A DNA stretch of 64,000 nt, taken from contig CAVPCQ010000023.1 in the NCBI GenBank assembly GCA_963702425.1, forward strand, positions 17,035 to 81,034, given 5' to 3'. Source of the stretch: an uncultured Acidobacteriota bacterium (lineage in GTDB: Bacteria > Acidobacteriota > Polarisedimenticolia > J045). Both the position numbers and the translations under genes were made by a program. Below the pieces are notes generated by a model, which saw only the letters and a program-made list of their open reading frames with translations, searched no databases and was not told the origin of the DNA. Below are positions 1-11,800 of the stretch, piece after piece. Within the stretch, counting starts at the first letter, position 1, and each line of letters opens with the position of its first letter.

Positions 1-648
1 GGCGCGCAGCGCGAGCTCGACCGGATGCAGGGGCTGGTCGACTCCGGCTCGGGGATCGTCAAATCGCGCGATGACGCGGCGACGCGGCGCGACATCTCGG
101 CCAAGGCGGTCGCGGCGGCGCGCGAGCGGCTGCACCGCCTCGAAGCGGGCTTCCGACCGCAGGAGATCGACGCCGCGCGGGCCCGCCTCGCAGCGGGAGA
201 CGCGCGGATCGCGCAGCTCGAGCAGCAGGTGAAGGACGCGACGATCGCCGCGCCGCGCGCCGGGATCGTCACCGGCCGGCTGGTCGAGCCAGGCGAGATC
301 CTCGCGCCCGGCGCGGTGCTGGTCGTGATCACCGACCTGAACGACGCCTGGTTGACGGCCTACGTCGGCGAGCGCGACCTGGGCCGCCTGCGCCTCGGCC
401 AGGAGGCGCAGGTCGTCACCGACGACGGCCAGTCGCGCACCGGCAAGGTGACCTTCGTCGCCAGCCAGGCCGAGTTCACGCCCAAGAACGTCCAGACCGC
501 CGAGGAGCGGGAGAAGCTGGTCTACCGGATCAAGGTCGCGCTCCCCAACGCCGACGGTCTGTTCAAGCCCGGCATGCCGGCCACCGCGCGCCTTGGCGCG
601 GCGGCGGCGCCCGCGGCCGCCGCGACCACTGCAGGAACCGCGAAGTGA
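1..648 (+). CDS. HlyD-family efflux periplasmic adaptor (YbhG-like), 5'-truncated by window edge
   Basis: Frame open from base 1; coiled-coil, lipoyl-like IAAPRAGIV motif, and AEFTPKNVQT..ER.KLVYRIKV..KPGMPA signature. Confidence 0.9.
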   Translation, partial: GAQRELDRMQGLVDSGSGIVKSRDDAATRRDISAKAVAAARERLHRLEAGFRPQEIDAARARLAAGDARIAQLEQQVKDATIAAPRAGIVTGRLVEPGEILAPGAVLVVITDLNDAWLTAYVGERDLGRLRLGQEAQVVTDDGQSRTGKVTFVASQAEFTPKNVQTAEEREKLVYRIKVALPNADGLFKPGMPATARLGAAAAPAAAATTAGTAK

Positions 649-1638
649 GCATCCCGCCCCGCGCCGCCGACGGCCCGCTGGTCGCGGTCGACCGCCTCGT
701 GCGGCGTTTCGGCGACGTCGTCGCCGTCGACGGGCTGTCGTTCGACGTGCGGCGCGGCGAGATGTTCGGGCTGATCGGGCCGGACGGCGCGGGCAAGACG
801 ACGACCCTGCGCACGGTGCTGGGGCTGCTCGCCGCCCACGGCGGCAGCGTCCGCACGCTCGGCGCTCGACCCGGCAACGGAGCGCCGGCGCCTGGCGCGG
901 CGCCTCGGCTACCTCTCGCAGCGCTTCTCGCTCTACGGCGACCTCTCGGTCGACGAGAACGTCGGCTTCTTCGCCGACGTCCACGGCGTCGCCGACTGGC
1001 GCGCGAAGCGCGATCGGCTGCTCGAGCTGGTGCGTCTGACGCCGTTCCGCGATCGCCTGGCCGCGCGCCTCTCCGGCGGGATGAAGCAGAAGCTGGCGCT
1101 GGCCTGCACGCTGATCCACACGCCGGAGCTGCTGATCCTCGACGAGCCGACGACCGGCGTCGACCCGGTCTCGCGGCGCGAGTTCTGGAAGATCCTCGGC
1201 ACGCTGCAGCGCGACGGGCTGACGACGCTGCTGACGACCCCGTACCTGGACGAGGCCGAGCGCTGCCAGCGCGTCGCGCTGATCGATCGCGGCCGGCTGC
1301 TGGCGCTCGACACCCCGGAGGCGCTGCGCGCACGCGGCGGCCGCGCGATGCTCGAGGTGATCGCCGAGCCGCGCCGCGAGGTGCGGGCCTGGCTCGCTGC
1401 GCGGCCCGGCGTGGCCGAGGTCGAGAGCTTCGGCGAGCGGCTGCACGTCACGCTGGCTGGCGACGATCGTCGCGGACTCGAGGCCGCCGATCGCAGCGGC
1501 CCCGAACCCGGCGCTCGCGCGGCGGAGGAACTGCGCGCCGCGCTCGCCGCCGCCGGGTTCCACGCCGCCACCGTCCGCCCCGTCGCCCCCGCCCTGGAAG
1601 ACGTCTTCATCCACGAGATCCGGGAGGCTTCCCGATGA
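645..1638 (+). CDS. ABC transporter ATP-binding protein (frameshift near 864)
   Basis: Walker A GPDGAGKTT in one frame; LSGGMKQK, LILDEPTTGVD and TTPYLDEAE in the next frame. Confidence 0.88.
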
Positions 1639-3000
1639 TCACCGCTTCGCGCGTCGCTCCCCTTCTCGCGCTGCTGGTCGCGATCGCTGCGCCCGCCGCC
1701 GCCGCGCCGCAACTCCCCGCCGCTCCCGAGACCGCTCCGGACGCCACCGCCCCGGTCCGCCTCACTCTGGCCGAGGCGCTCGAGCGCGCCGCCTCCTCCG
1801 CCCCGCGCCTGGCTACGCTGGCCGCGCGCGAGCAGGCGGCGGTGGCCGGCGTCGACGAGGCGAGGGCCCAGCGCGGGCCCGAGTCGCTGCTCTCCGCCTA
1901 CGCCACGCGCCTGTCGTCCGTGCCGGAGCTGACGCTCGAGTTCCCCGGTGCCCCGCCGCGGACGATCTTCCCGAGCATCGAGAACAACTTCGGCGCCCGG
2001 ATCGGCCTGACGCAGCCGGTCTACACCGGCGGCCGACTCGTCGCCCAGGTCGACGGCGCGAAGAGCGAGCGCCAGGCCGTCGCGCAGGACCGCCAGGCCG
2101 CCGCCAGCGACATCGCGCTCGAGACTTCCGCCGCGTACTGGACCCTCGTCACGGCGCGCGAGTTCGAGGTCGTGCTCGGCGAGTCGATCGCGGTCTACGA
2201 AGCCCACCTGGTCGACACCGAGAACATGCTGCGCTTCGGGATGGTCGCGGAGAGCGACCTGCTCAACGTGCGCGTCCAGCGCGACCGCGCCGTGCTCGAC
2301 CGGCTGCAGGCCCGGGCCGCCGCCGACACCGCCGAGGCCAACCTCGCGCGCCTCACGGGCCTGGCACCCGGGGCGCGGATCGCGGCGGTCGAGCCGCTCG
2401 GTGGCCCTTCCGTCGAGCCGCCGGAGCGCGACGCGCTGATCGCCGCCGCGCTTGCTGCCCGCCCCGACCGCGTAGCGCTCCTCTCGCGGATCGAGGTGCT
2501 CGAGGCGGCGGTGCGCGTCGAAGAGGCCGCCCGGTGGCCGCAGGTCTACGCCAACGCCGGCTACGACTACGCCCGGCCCAACCGCGAGGTCCTCCCCTTC
2601 ACCGACCAGTGGAAGGGCACCTGGGACGTCTCGCTCGGGCTGGCCTTCCGCGTCTTCGACAACGGCCGCGTCAGCGCTGCCGTGGCCCGGCGCCGCGCGC
2701 AGCTCGCGGCGATCGAACAGCAACTCCGCGAGCTGGACGAGATCATCACGCTCGAGGTGATCGCGCGGCGGATCGAAGCTGGAGGCGGCTCGCGCGGCGG
2801 TCCCGGTCTCGGAGTCAGCCGTCGTCGCGGCGAAGGAGAGCCGCCGCTCGAGTGCGGAGCAGTTCAAGGCGGGCGTGATCAACTCGACCGACCTGCTGGC
2901 GGTCGAGAACGCCGCGCTGCGGGCCGCGCTCGAGCGGACCGCGGCGATGGCGCAGGTTCGCCTGGCCGGGGCGCGGCTCGACCGCGCGACCGGGCGCTGA
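1635..3000 (+). CDS. TolC-family outer membrane efflux protein (frameshift near 2778)
   Basis: Signal peptide MITASRVAPLLALLVAIAAPAAA; LTLAEAL, QPVYTGG motifs; C-terminus FKAGVINSTDLL..RATGR in shifted frame; position in efflux operon. Confidence 0.82.
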
Positions 3001-3006
3001 CGTCGA

Positions 3007-4050
3007 TGGCCGCGATGGCCGACGCCCTCCGCACGGAGCAGCTGACCAAGCGTTTCGGCGCTTTCGTCGCCGTCGACGCGCTGGACCTCGCCGTCTCCGA
3101 GGGGGAGGTCTTCGGCTTTCTCGGCAGCAACGGCGCCGGCAAGTCGACCGCAATCCGGATGCTCTGCGGCCTGCTCAAACCGACCTCCGGCCGCGCCGAG
3201 GTGCTGGGGATCGACGTCGCGAAGCGCCCCGACGAGGTCAAGCAGCGGATCGGCTACATGAGCCAGCGCTTCTCGCTCTACGACGACCTGACCGTCCGCC
3301 AGAACCTCTGGTTCTTCGGCGGCGTCTACGGGCTCGACGGGAAGGAGCTGGCCGAGCGGATGGCGTGGGCGGTCCGGATGGCGGGGCTCGAGGGGAAGGA
3401 GGAGCTGCTCACCGGCTCGCTCCCCGGCGGCTGGAAGCAGCGGCTCGCGCTGGCCGCGGCGGTGCTGCACCGGCCGCGCCTGCTCTTCCTCGACGAGCCG
3501 ACCGGCGGCGTCGACCCGATCTCGCGCCGGCAGTTCTGGAGCCTGATCGAGGAGATGGCGGCCGAGGGGGTGACGATCGTCGTGACCACCCACTACCTGG
3601 ACGAGGCCGAGCACTGCGGGCGGATCGCGCTGATGCACGCCGGGAAGCTGGTCGCCCTGGGGACCGTGAGCGAGCTGAAGCAGGTCTTCGCGGGACGCGC
3701 CGTGCTGGAGGTCCACGCCGCGCGGCCGCTCGAAGCGCTCGACCTGCTGCAGGACGCGCCGTTCGTGCTCGAGGCGACGCTCTTCGGCAACCGGCTGCAC
3801 GCGATCGTCGCCGACGAGGAGGAGGGGACGCGGCGGATCGCGGCGCTGCTCGCGGCGCCGGCTCGGCACGGCGCGGCGACGAAGGACGCCGCGACGGCCC
3901 GCTCGCGATCCAGCGGATCGTGCCGTCGCTCGAGGACGTCTTCATCCACTCGATCGAGGAGGCCGATGCGGCGGCAGCAAGTGCTGCCGCCGGCACAGGC
4001 GCCGCGGCGAGCCCGCGAAGCGGCGAAGCCGGGCCGGAAAGGGGGCCTGA
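3007..4050 (+). CDS. ABC transporter ATP-binding protein (3' end frameshifted, end approximate)
   Basis: GSNGAGKST, LPGGWKQR, LFLDEPTGGVD, TTHYLDEAE; PSLEDVFI in another frame after ~3900. Confidence 0.88.
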
Positions 4051-4052
4051 CC

Positions 4053-5162
4053 GTGCGCCAGGTGCTCGCGGTCGCGCTCAAGGAGATCCGGCAGATCGCC
4101 CGCGATCCGCTCAGCCTGGCGCTGCTGCTCGGCCTGCCGGCGATGATGCTGCTGCTCTACGGCTACGCGATCAGCTTCGACGTGCGGCACGTGCCGCTGG
4201 CGGTGCAGGACCGCGACCTGACGAAGGAGAGCCGCGAGCTGGTCGCCTCGTTCGTCAACTCGACCTACTTTGACCTGGCGCTCGACGCTCCCGCCGGAAC
4301 CGACATCGGGCGGCTGTTCCAGCAGCGCCGCGTGAAGGCGGCGCTCGTCATCCCGGAGGGGTTCGGCGAGCGGGTGCGCGGCGGGCGCAACGCCGAGGCC
4401 CAGATCCTGATCGACGGCGCGGACGCGACGACCGCGACCGCGGTCCTGGGCTACGCCGAGGCGATCGCCGCGGCCTCCAACATCGCGCTGCGCCCGGGCG
4501 GATTCGTCCCACCGATCGACTATCGCCCGCGGGTCTGGTTCAACCCCGAGCTGAAGTCGAGCCACTTCCTCGTTCCCGGCCTGATCGGCTTCATCCTGAT
4601 GCTGACCGCGGTCCTCTCGACCGCCCTCTCCGTCGTGCGCGAGAAGGAGCGCGGCACGATGGAGCAGCTCGCGGTCTCGCCGATGGGCCCGGGGCAGCTG
4701 ATCGCCGGCAAGACCTTCCCCTACCTGGTCATCTCGCTCGCTGCCGCGGTGACGATCGTCGTCGCCGCGCGCGTCCTGTTCGGCGTCGAGGTACGCGGCT
4801 CGTACCTGGCGCTGCTGGCCGCCACGCTGCTCTATCTGGCCGGCGCGCTGGGGCTGGGCCTGCTGATCTCGAGCGTCACCGACTCGCAGGCCCTGGCCTT
4901 CCAGGCCGGCGCGCTGCTGTCGATGCTCCCGGCGATCTTCCTGTCGGGGTTCATCTTCCCGCTGCGCTCGATGCCGATGCCGCTGCAGGTCGTCTCGCAC
5001 CTCGTCCCGGCCCGCTACTACCTGAAGATCGTGCGCGGGATCATCCTCAAGGGGACCGACCTCTCCCCCTACTGGGACCAGGTCGGGTTCCTCGCGCTCT
5101 ACGCGGCCGTGGTCTTCGGCTGGGCCTGGTTCCGCCTGACCCGCGACGAGGTGCGGGGGTGA
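4053..5162 (+). CDS. ABC-2 transporter permease (YbhS-like)
   Basis: KEIRQIARD, FNPELKS, VVREKERGTMEQL, LSGFIFP motifs; multiple TM helices. Confidence 0.9.
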   Translation: MRQVLAVALKEIRQIARDPLSLALLLGLPAMMLLLYGYAISFDVRHVPLAVQDRDLTKESRELVASFVNSTYFDLALDAPAGTDIGRLFQQRRVKAALVIPEGFGERVRGGRNAEAQILIDGADATTATAVLGYAEAIAAASNIALRPGGFVPPIDYRPRVWFNPELKSSHFLVPGLIGFILMLTAVLSTALSVVREKERGTMEQLAVSPMGPGQLIAGKTFPYLVISLAAAVTIVVAARVLFGVEVRGSYLALLAATLLYLAGALGLGLLISSVTDSQALAFQAGALLSMLPAIFLSGFIFPLRSMPMPLQVVSHLVPARYYLKIVRGIILKGTDLSPYWDQVGFLALYAAVVFGWAWFRLTRDEVRG

Positions 5163-6259
5163 GAGTCCTGCTCAAGGTGATCGTCAAGGAGTTCCTGCAG
5201 CTCCGGCGCGACCGCCGGATGATCGGGATCCTGGTGATCGCGCCGATCATCCAGCTCGTCGTCTTCGGCTTCGCCGCCAACCTCGACGTCACCAACGTGC
5301 GGCTGTTCCTGGTCGACGCCGACCGGACCGCCGAGAGCCGCGACCTGGCGCAGCGCTTCGTCCAGTCCGGCTACTTCGAGCTGGTCGGCAGCGGCGACCG
5401 CACCGAGGACGCCGAGCCCTGGCTGATCAAGGGGACGACCGACGTCGCGCTGGTCGTCCCCCGCGGCTACGGCGCAGCGCGCCAGGCTCGGCGGCCGGCG
5501 CCGGTGCAGTTGATCGCCGACGGCGCCGACGCGACCGCCGCCAACGTCGGGCTCGGCTATGCCGCCCGCATCGTGCTGGCGGCGGGGGCCGCGGCCGTCG
5601 ACCGCCGCGGCGCAACGATCTCGGTCGTGCCCCGGGTCTGGTACAACCCCGAGATGAAGAGCCGCTGGTTCTACCTGCCGGCGATCCTGGCGATGGTCCT
5701 GATGATGGTCACGATGATCTCGCCGTCGATGGCCGTGGTCCGCGAGAAGGAGATCGGCACGCTCGAGCAGATCATCGTCACCCCGGTCCGCTCGTGGCAG
5801 CTGATCGTCGGCAAGCTGATGCCGTTCGCGCTGATCGGCCTGATCGACCTGCTGGTCGTGACCGGGATCACGGTCTTCTTTTTCCGGGTGCCGATGGTGG
5901 GGTCGCTCGGGGTGCTGGTCCTGCTGACGCTGCCGATGCTGGTCACGCTGCTGGGGCTCGGGCTGTTCGTCTCGACAGTGGTCAGCAACCAGCAGCAGGC
6001 GATGCTCAGCTCGATGTTTCTCCTGATGATCCCGTTCATCTACCTGTCGGGGCTGATGTTCCCGATCGAGAACATGCCCCCGTTCATCCAGGGGATCACC
6101 TACGCGATCCCCTTGCGCTACTACGTCCCGGTGATCCGGGGGGTCTTCCTCAAGGGGTCGGGGCTGGACGTCCTCTGGCCCGAGGGGCTGATCCTCTGCG
6201 CTTTCGCCGCCGGGATCGTGACCTTGGCTTCGCTCCGCTTCCGGAAGCGGCTAGACTGA
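5159..6259 (+). CDS. ABC-2 transporter permease (YbhR-like)
   Basis: KEFLQLRRD, YNPEMKS, VREKEIGTLEQI, LSGLMFPIENMP motifs. Confidence 0.9.
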   Translation: MRVLLKVIVKEFLQLRRDRRMIGILVIAPIIQLVVFGFAANLDVTNVRLFLVDADRTAESRDLAQRFVQSGYFELVGSGDRTEDAEPWLIKGTTDVALVVPRGYGAARQARRPAPVQLIADGADATAANVGLGYAARIVLAAGAAAVDRRGATISVVPRVWYNPEMKSRWFYLPAILAMVLMMVTMISPSMAVVREKEIGTLEQIIVTPVRSWQLIVGKLMPFALIGLIDLLVVTGITVFFFRVPMVGSLGVLVLLTLPMLVTLLGLGLFVSTVVSNQQQAMLSSMFLLMIPFIYLSGLMFPIENMPPFIQGITYAIPLRYYVPVIRGVFLKGSGLDVLWPEGLILCAFAAGIVTLASLRFRKRLD

Positions 6260-6279
6260 CGGCCGGGAGACCACGCGCC

Positions 6280-6681
6280 ATGGGCGAGCTGCGGACGCCG
6301 GTCGGGATCGAGAAGGTCGGGCAGATCTCCGTCAACGTGAAGGAGCTGCCACGCGCCGTCGCCTTCTACCGCGACGCGCTCGAGCTGGCGCTGGTCCTCG
6401 ACACGCCCGGGATGGCGTTCCTGGACTGCGGCGGGACCCGGCTGATGCTGTCGGTCCCGACGGCGAGCGAGTTCGACCACCCCGGCTCGGTGCTCTATTT
6501 CACCGTGCGTGACATCGAGTCCGCGCACGCCGCGCTCGTCGCCCGGGGGGTACCGTTCCGGCGCGGCCCGCACTGCATCGCGCGGCTCGCCGAGCGCGAC
6601 GTGTGGATGGCCTTCTTCACCGACCCCGAGGGAAACACGCTGGCGCTGATGTCGGAAGTCGAGACCCCGGCCGCCTTCTGA
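6280..6681 (+). CDS. VOC/glyoxalase family protein
   Basis: GQISVNV..AVAFYRDAL and AFFTDPEGNTLAL motifs; RBS GGGAGA upstream. Confidence 0.88.
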   Translation: MGELRTPVGIEKVGQISVNVKELPRAVAFYRDALELALVLDTPGMAFLDCGGTRLMLSVPTASEFDHPGSVLYFTVRDIESAHAALVARGVPFRRGPHCIARLAERDVWMAFFTDPEGNTLALMSEVETPAAF

Positions 6682-6705
6682 TCCTGAGCCGACGAGACCT
6701 CGAAG

Positions 6706-7863
6706 ATGGCGATCCCCGGCCTCGACGCCCCGCTCAAGAAGCTGATCGACATCGGCCTCGTCGCGGTCCTCGTCTACTTCGTCATCATCGGCCTGCGTGG
6801 CGCGCGGAGCAGGCTGGCACTGCTGGGCCTGGCGTTCGTCAGCGGGATCTACCTGGTTGCGCGCCAGCTCGGCCTTCCGCTGACCGCCTGGATCTTCCAG
6901 GGGTTCCTCGCGCTGTTCGTGGTCTTCATCGTCGTCGTCTTCCAGGAGGACATCCGGCGCGTCTTCGAGCGGATCGCCACATTCGGCCTGCGGCGGCCGC
7001 GCAAGGCGCCGCCGGACGACGCGATCGAGCTGATCGCGACCTCCGTCTTCGACCTGGCGCGGGTCAAGTGCGGCGCGCTGATCGTCATTCCCGGCGAAGA
7101 CGCGCTGGAGCGGCACGTCGAGGGGGGCGTGCCGCTGGACGCCGTGCTCTCGGAGGAGCTGCTGCAGAGCCTCTTCGAGACGCACTCGACCACGCACGAC
7201 GGCGCCGTCGTGATCGAGGGGAACCGCGCGAAGGTCTTCGGCGCGCACCTTCCCCTGTCCCAGGATTTCGAGCAGCTGGCCCGGCGCGGCACCCGCCACG
7301 CCGCGGCGCTGGGGCTGGCCGAGCTGACCGACGCGCTCTGCATCCTCGTCTCGGAGGAGCGTGGCCGGGTCTCGATCGCGCACGACGGCCAGCTGGCCGA
7401 GATCTACAGCCGCGGCCTGCTGGTTTCGATCCTTCGGCGCTTCGCCGGTCGGGCCGCGCCGGTGGAGTCGCCGCGGCGGGGCGTCGCGCGGCTCGTCGGG
7501 CGCCACGGCCGCGAGGTTCTCGTCGCCCTGGTCGTCGCCTTCGCGCTCTGGCTGCTGGTCGTCCCGGGCTCCGAGCGGGCGGAGGCGACGTTCGTCGTGC
7601 CGGTCGAGGTCCAGAATCTCCCTCCCGGATTCGAGCTCGTCGGCTTCGAGCCGCGCGAGGTCCGGGTGACCGTGCTCGGGCTGCGGCGCGACCTGGTCCT
7701 GCTCCAGCCGAACCGGCTGAAGGTGGACGTCGACGCGTTCCTCGTGCAGCTCGGGCGCCGCTCGTTCGAGATCCCGACGCAGTCGGTCAAGCACCCCGGG
7801 GCCTTCATCGTCACCGGCGTCGAGCCCGACCGCGTGACGGTGCGAGTGCGCGAAGGGCGCTGA
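6706..7863 (+). CDS. cdaA: Membrane diadenylate cyclase (CdaA/DAC domain) fused to a YbbR-like domain
   Basis: Three N-terminal TMs, VVFQEDIRR, HDGAVVI, GTRHAAA, VSEERG; further TM then beta-rich YbbR-like tail. Confidence 0.85.
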   Translation: MAIPGLDAPLKKLIDIGLVAVLVYFVIIGLRGARSRLALLGLAFVSGIYLVARQLGLPLTAWIFQGFLALFVVFIVVVFQEDIRRVFERIATFGLRRPRKAPPDDAIELIATSVFDLARVKCGALIVIPGEDALERHVEGGVPLDAVLSEELLQSLFETHSTTHDGAVVIEGNRAKVFGAHLPLSQDFEQLARRGTRHAAALGLAELTDALCILVSEERGRVSIAHDGQLAEIYSRGLLVSILRRFAGRAAPVESPRRGVARLVGRHGREVLVALVVAFALWLLVVPGSERAEATFVVPVEVQNLPPGFELVGFEPREVRVTVLGLRRDLVLLQPNRLKVDVDAFLVQLGRRSFEIPTQSVKHPGAFIVTGVEPDRVTVRVREGR

Positions 7864-7886
7864 TCCCAGGGGCGGGCCCGCCGGGC

Positions 7887-8612
7887 CTACGGAGCGGCCG
7901 GCACCATCCGCGCCAGCCAAAGGACGTGGCGCGCACCGCCTCCGCGGCGTGCCGGAACCCGCTCCGTGCGCACCTCGAAGCCGGCGCGGCGCAGCCGCTC
8001 CGTGAAGCGCCGGTCGTCGGCCGGCGACCAGAGCGCGTAGGTCCCGCCGGGCGCCAGCGCCCGCGCGGCGGCCGCCAGCCCGCCCGCGCCGTAGAGCCGC
8101 GCGTTGGCCTCCGAGGTCAGCGCCGCCGGCCCGTTGTCGACGTCCATCAGGATCGCGTCGTAGACCTCCCGGGCGGCGCGGATCACCTCGCCGATGTCGG
8201 CCTCGAGCACGACGACCCGCGCGTCCTCGAGCGGGCGCCCGGCGAGGTGAGCGAGCGGACCGCGGTTCCAGCGCACCACCGCCGGCACGAGCTCGGCGAC
8301 CTCGACGCGCGCAGCGGGTCCGAGCAGGTCGAGGCAGGCGCGGACGGTGAAGCCCATGCCGAGGCCGCCGACCAGCACGCGGGCGTCGCCGGCCTGTGCG
8401 CTGCGGTCCGGTGCACTGCCGTCCGGCATGCCGCGGTCCGGCACCAGCCCCGCGCAGCCGCGCACTGCGAGCGCCTCCTCCGAGCCGTGCATCCGGCTGT
8501 TCATCAGTTCCTGGTTGCCGGCGCGGATCGCGTACTCGTCGCCGCGGCGCAGGAGCGTGAGTTCGCCCCCGCCGGGAACGGGCGCGCGCTCGAGTTCTTC
8601 CCAGGGGATCAT
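7887..8612 (-). CDS. Spermidine synthase-like SAM-dependent methyltransferase
   Basis: LMNSRMHGSEEALA, VLVGGLGMGFT, YDAILMDVDNGP. Confidence 0.8.
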   Translation of the reverse strand: MIPWEELERAPVPGGGELTLLRRGDEYAIRAGNQELMNSRMHGSEEALAVRGCAGLVPDRGMPDGSAPDRSAQAGDARVLVGGLGMGFTVRACLDLLGPAARVEVAELVPAVVRWNRGPLAHLAGRPLEDARVVVLEADIGEVIRAAREVYDAILMDVDNGPAALTSEANARLYGAGGLAAAARALAPGGTYALWSPADDRRFTERLRRAGFEVRTERVPARRGGGARHVLWLARMVPAAP

Positions 8613-8663
8613 CGCGCCGCGATTCTACGGGACGGAGGGCACTCGAGATGGCGGCGTCGACTC

Positions 8664-8736
8664 GTAGGGGCCGGCCTCCGTGCCGGCCCGAGAAACGCAG
8701 GGCGCCATGCGGGCCGGCACGGAGGCCGGCCCCTAC
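8664..8736. repeat. GTAG-type REP doublet (REPIN-like hairpin)
   Basis: GTAGGGGCCGGCCTCCGTGCCGGCCCG and its reverse complement CGGGCCGGCACGGAGGCCGGCCCCTAC. Confidence 0.75.
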
Positions 8737-8846
8737 GGTTTCTCCAGCGCGAGGGCGGTGGCGTATCGCTGAATCGGCGAGCGGCTTCGTCGATGTCTGG
8801 GGCCGCCAGGCCGGCCGGCCCCGACATCGCCGCAGGAGCCCTCCGC

Positions 8847-11800
8847 TCACGGACACGGATGGTCGTTCGGCCGCGAGTTCCCGGAGCTGTCCGTCCCGAG
8901 GCTTCCCTCGCCGCTCCGGCCGACCTGGGTGACGAGATAGTGGACAGCCTTGCCTCTGCCCGGTCTCACGGTATCCGAGACGGACGGGGATCGGAGCTCG
9001 CAGAACTGCGCCGCGAGCGGCGAGTCGGAAAGCGTCTGAGTGTACAGCCGTCGGCTGCGGACGAGTTCGAGATCGCCGCGGTAAGCGTTCCAGGCCACCG
9101 CACCCGCCTCTTGCTGCCAGACAAGTCCTGTCGCGCTCGCGAAACGTAGGTCCAGGTAGCCGTCATCGAAGTCGCACCGGTCTCCGGTTCCGTCGGCATC
9201 GAGATCGACCTGGTCGGGGTTGAAAGCCGCTGGACAGTTGTCGCAGCGGTTGAACACCTTGTCGGCGTCGCTGTCCTGGCCTGACGCGTCGTCATCGACG
9301 AGACCGTTGCAGTCATCGTCGTTGCCGTTGCAGGTCTCCACTCCCGGCGCCGTGCAGATGCGGCATGCCGCCGCCTGGTAGACCCGGTCGAGCCCGACCT
9401 GGACATGGAAGGTCCGCGGACCGGGCGCCGCGTCCGGCGCCACGCTGGCGCTGAAAGTGATCGTGCCCGAGGGGTCGTTCTGCGTGCTCGCGCATCCCGC
9501 GCAGCTGACACCGTCGATCTTGAGCACCACGTCCTGTCCCAGCACGATGCGGGTCGTCCCCGGATCGACGGGCAGCCCTGCGACGCTCGCGACCAGGCCG
9601 TTGTAGACGGTTCCCTGGACGAGCGGCGGGCAGCTGACCGTCACCCCTCCGATCCGGGGGTTCCCGTCGGGATCGAGACTGTAGCGCGCGGAGAGGCGGA
9701 AGGCCGTCTCCACTTCGAGTTCGGCATCGATCGGCTCTGTTGCGGGCGACTGCGCCAGGGTCGGATCGTCTTCCTCGAGTGGAATCACAGTCGCCAGGCC
9801 GGCCACCGAGCGCATCAGGACCTTGACGCGGTAAGCCCCCGGTGTCACGCCGGCCCACGTCCCGTCGGGGTTGAAGACCCCGCCGTAGACGCCGTCACCG
9901 CTTCCGAGGTCGTCGTGGGCGCCGTCGTCGAACATCGGCACCGACCACGAAAGACCGCGGTGCGTCACCTGAGCCGTCATCGTTACCGGGGCAAGCCGGC
10001 CGCCACGGAACATCTCGCCGCGGATCGTGACGGGCGCATCAACCGGAAGCCGCGGCTCGGTGACATACGCGAATCCGTGTAGGAAGGGGTTCACGATCTC
10101 GGCGATCCAGCTGACACCGGTCTTGGGGATCTTCTTCTTCCACTCGCTCGGGATCGGCGATGGCGACGGGACCGGCTCCGTCTTGTCGATTCGAGCGGTC
10201 CAGGTCCCCGGCGCGGGGTTGCGCACGGTGATGGTGCGGTAGACTCCGCCTTGCGTGCCGGCCGGCCGGCCGGCGACGATGGCGGACCCGCTTGGCGGCT
10301 GGAGCTCCAGGCGGGAGATCAGGTTCAGGACCGGATCACAGGGAAACGACCCCGTCGATCTGCGGATGCAGGTCCGGTCGGCGAGCCACGAGAAGACCAG
10401 TTCCGTCGTTCCTTCCGGCACCCGGTACGTGCGGGACTCGATGGTCGAGGTCGCGAGCGGCTGCAGCCGCGCGCGCGACTCGAAGATTTCGTCGTTGCCG
10501 CGAACCCGGTGCCCCATCCGCGCCAGCGCCGTCTTGATTTCCAGCGCGTCCGGCTCGGCATGGCCGTTCGTCGTGGCCAACTCGGTCCCCGTCACCCAGG
10601 ACTCGCCGCACTGCGCGATCTCCGCGAGCGCGGCCGAATCGGCGTCGCCGAAGGCGATCGTGTGGACGTTGATTCCCGCCTTGCACGCAGCCACCGCCGC
10701 GGCATAGGGATCGCCGCCGGCGTTCGACTTGCCGTCCGAGAACAGGACGATGTTTCGTGTCGCGTTCGGCAGGCTCGCCTGGTCGTTCTGGATCGCGAGG
10801 CGCGCGGTGTCGATCGCCTCGGCGATGTCGGTGTTGCCGTTCGCCGCAACCGCATCGATCGCCGCGATGTCCGCCCCTTTCGGATCGAAGTCGAGCGGCG
10901 CTCCGCCGCTCTCGGCGATCGACGTCGCGTCGTTGAAGAGGTAGACCCCCGCGTGGCTCCCCGTGTCGACGAGGTTGTAGACGTACAGCGCGCCGTCGAG
11001 CGCGAGGTCGAGCGCCTGGCGCGGAGGATCGCTCAGTTCGTCGTACGCCATACTCCCCGAGCGGTCGACCAGCAGCGCGGCGTTCGTGTTCGACGGCAGG
11101 CCGCCCACGAGCCACTGGCACTCCATCGGCGGGACCGGGCCGCTGTCGGCGAGGATCTCGTCGAACGTCGGATAGGCCCCCTCGGCGTGCCGACCCGCGA
11201 GATCGACGTGAACCTCCGCCGCGTCGCGCCAGCAGTTGTACTCGACGTAGTTCGGCTCACCCGCGATCCCGTCGGGGATGCCGACGTCGTCGCCGAGGTC
11301 GAAGCCGGGAATCCCGTAGGCGTGAGTCGAGCCATCGCACCAGCGCCGCCGCTTGCCGCCGCCCGCCATCAGGCAGACCCCGTCGGCTTCGTCCGTCGGG
11401 CTGAGGTTCGTATCGACCAGGCAGATCCGCTGCTTCTCCCCGTCGACCGCGTCGTCGCGGTCGGGATTGCTGGCCAGGCAGATGCCACCGCCGCTGCAAT
11501 CAGCGTCCTCCTCGCACGGCGTGCCAGCGGGGTCGCTGCCGAGGACGCACTCGGACGCGAAGACGCACGCTGCCGAGCACTGGGCCTCCTCCTCGTCGCA
11601 GACGACGCCGGAGGCGACCCCTCCCGCCACGGAATAGGACTCCGAGCAGAGCCCCGTGTGCCCGGTCTGGGAGCCCTCCAGGTTGACGTACTCGTCCGGA
11701 AGGTCGTAGAAGAAATGCCCCATCTCGTGGTTGAGACCGCCGCCGTTGCCGGATGGCGTCGCCGACAGTCCCTTGCAGTCGCCGCCGCCGGAGCAATCGA

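Noticed and set aside
645-5162. 1505-aa ABC-TolC-ABC-permease fusion ORF
   Set aside because: Artefact of frameshifts in stop-poor high-GC DNA; four separate genes are recognisable
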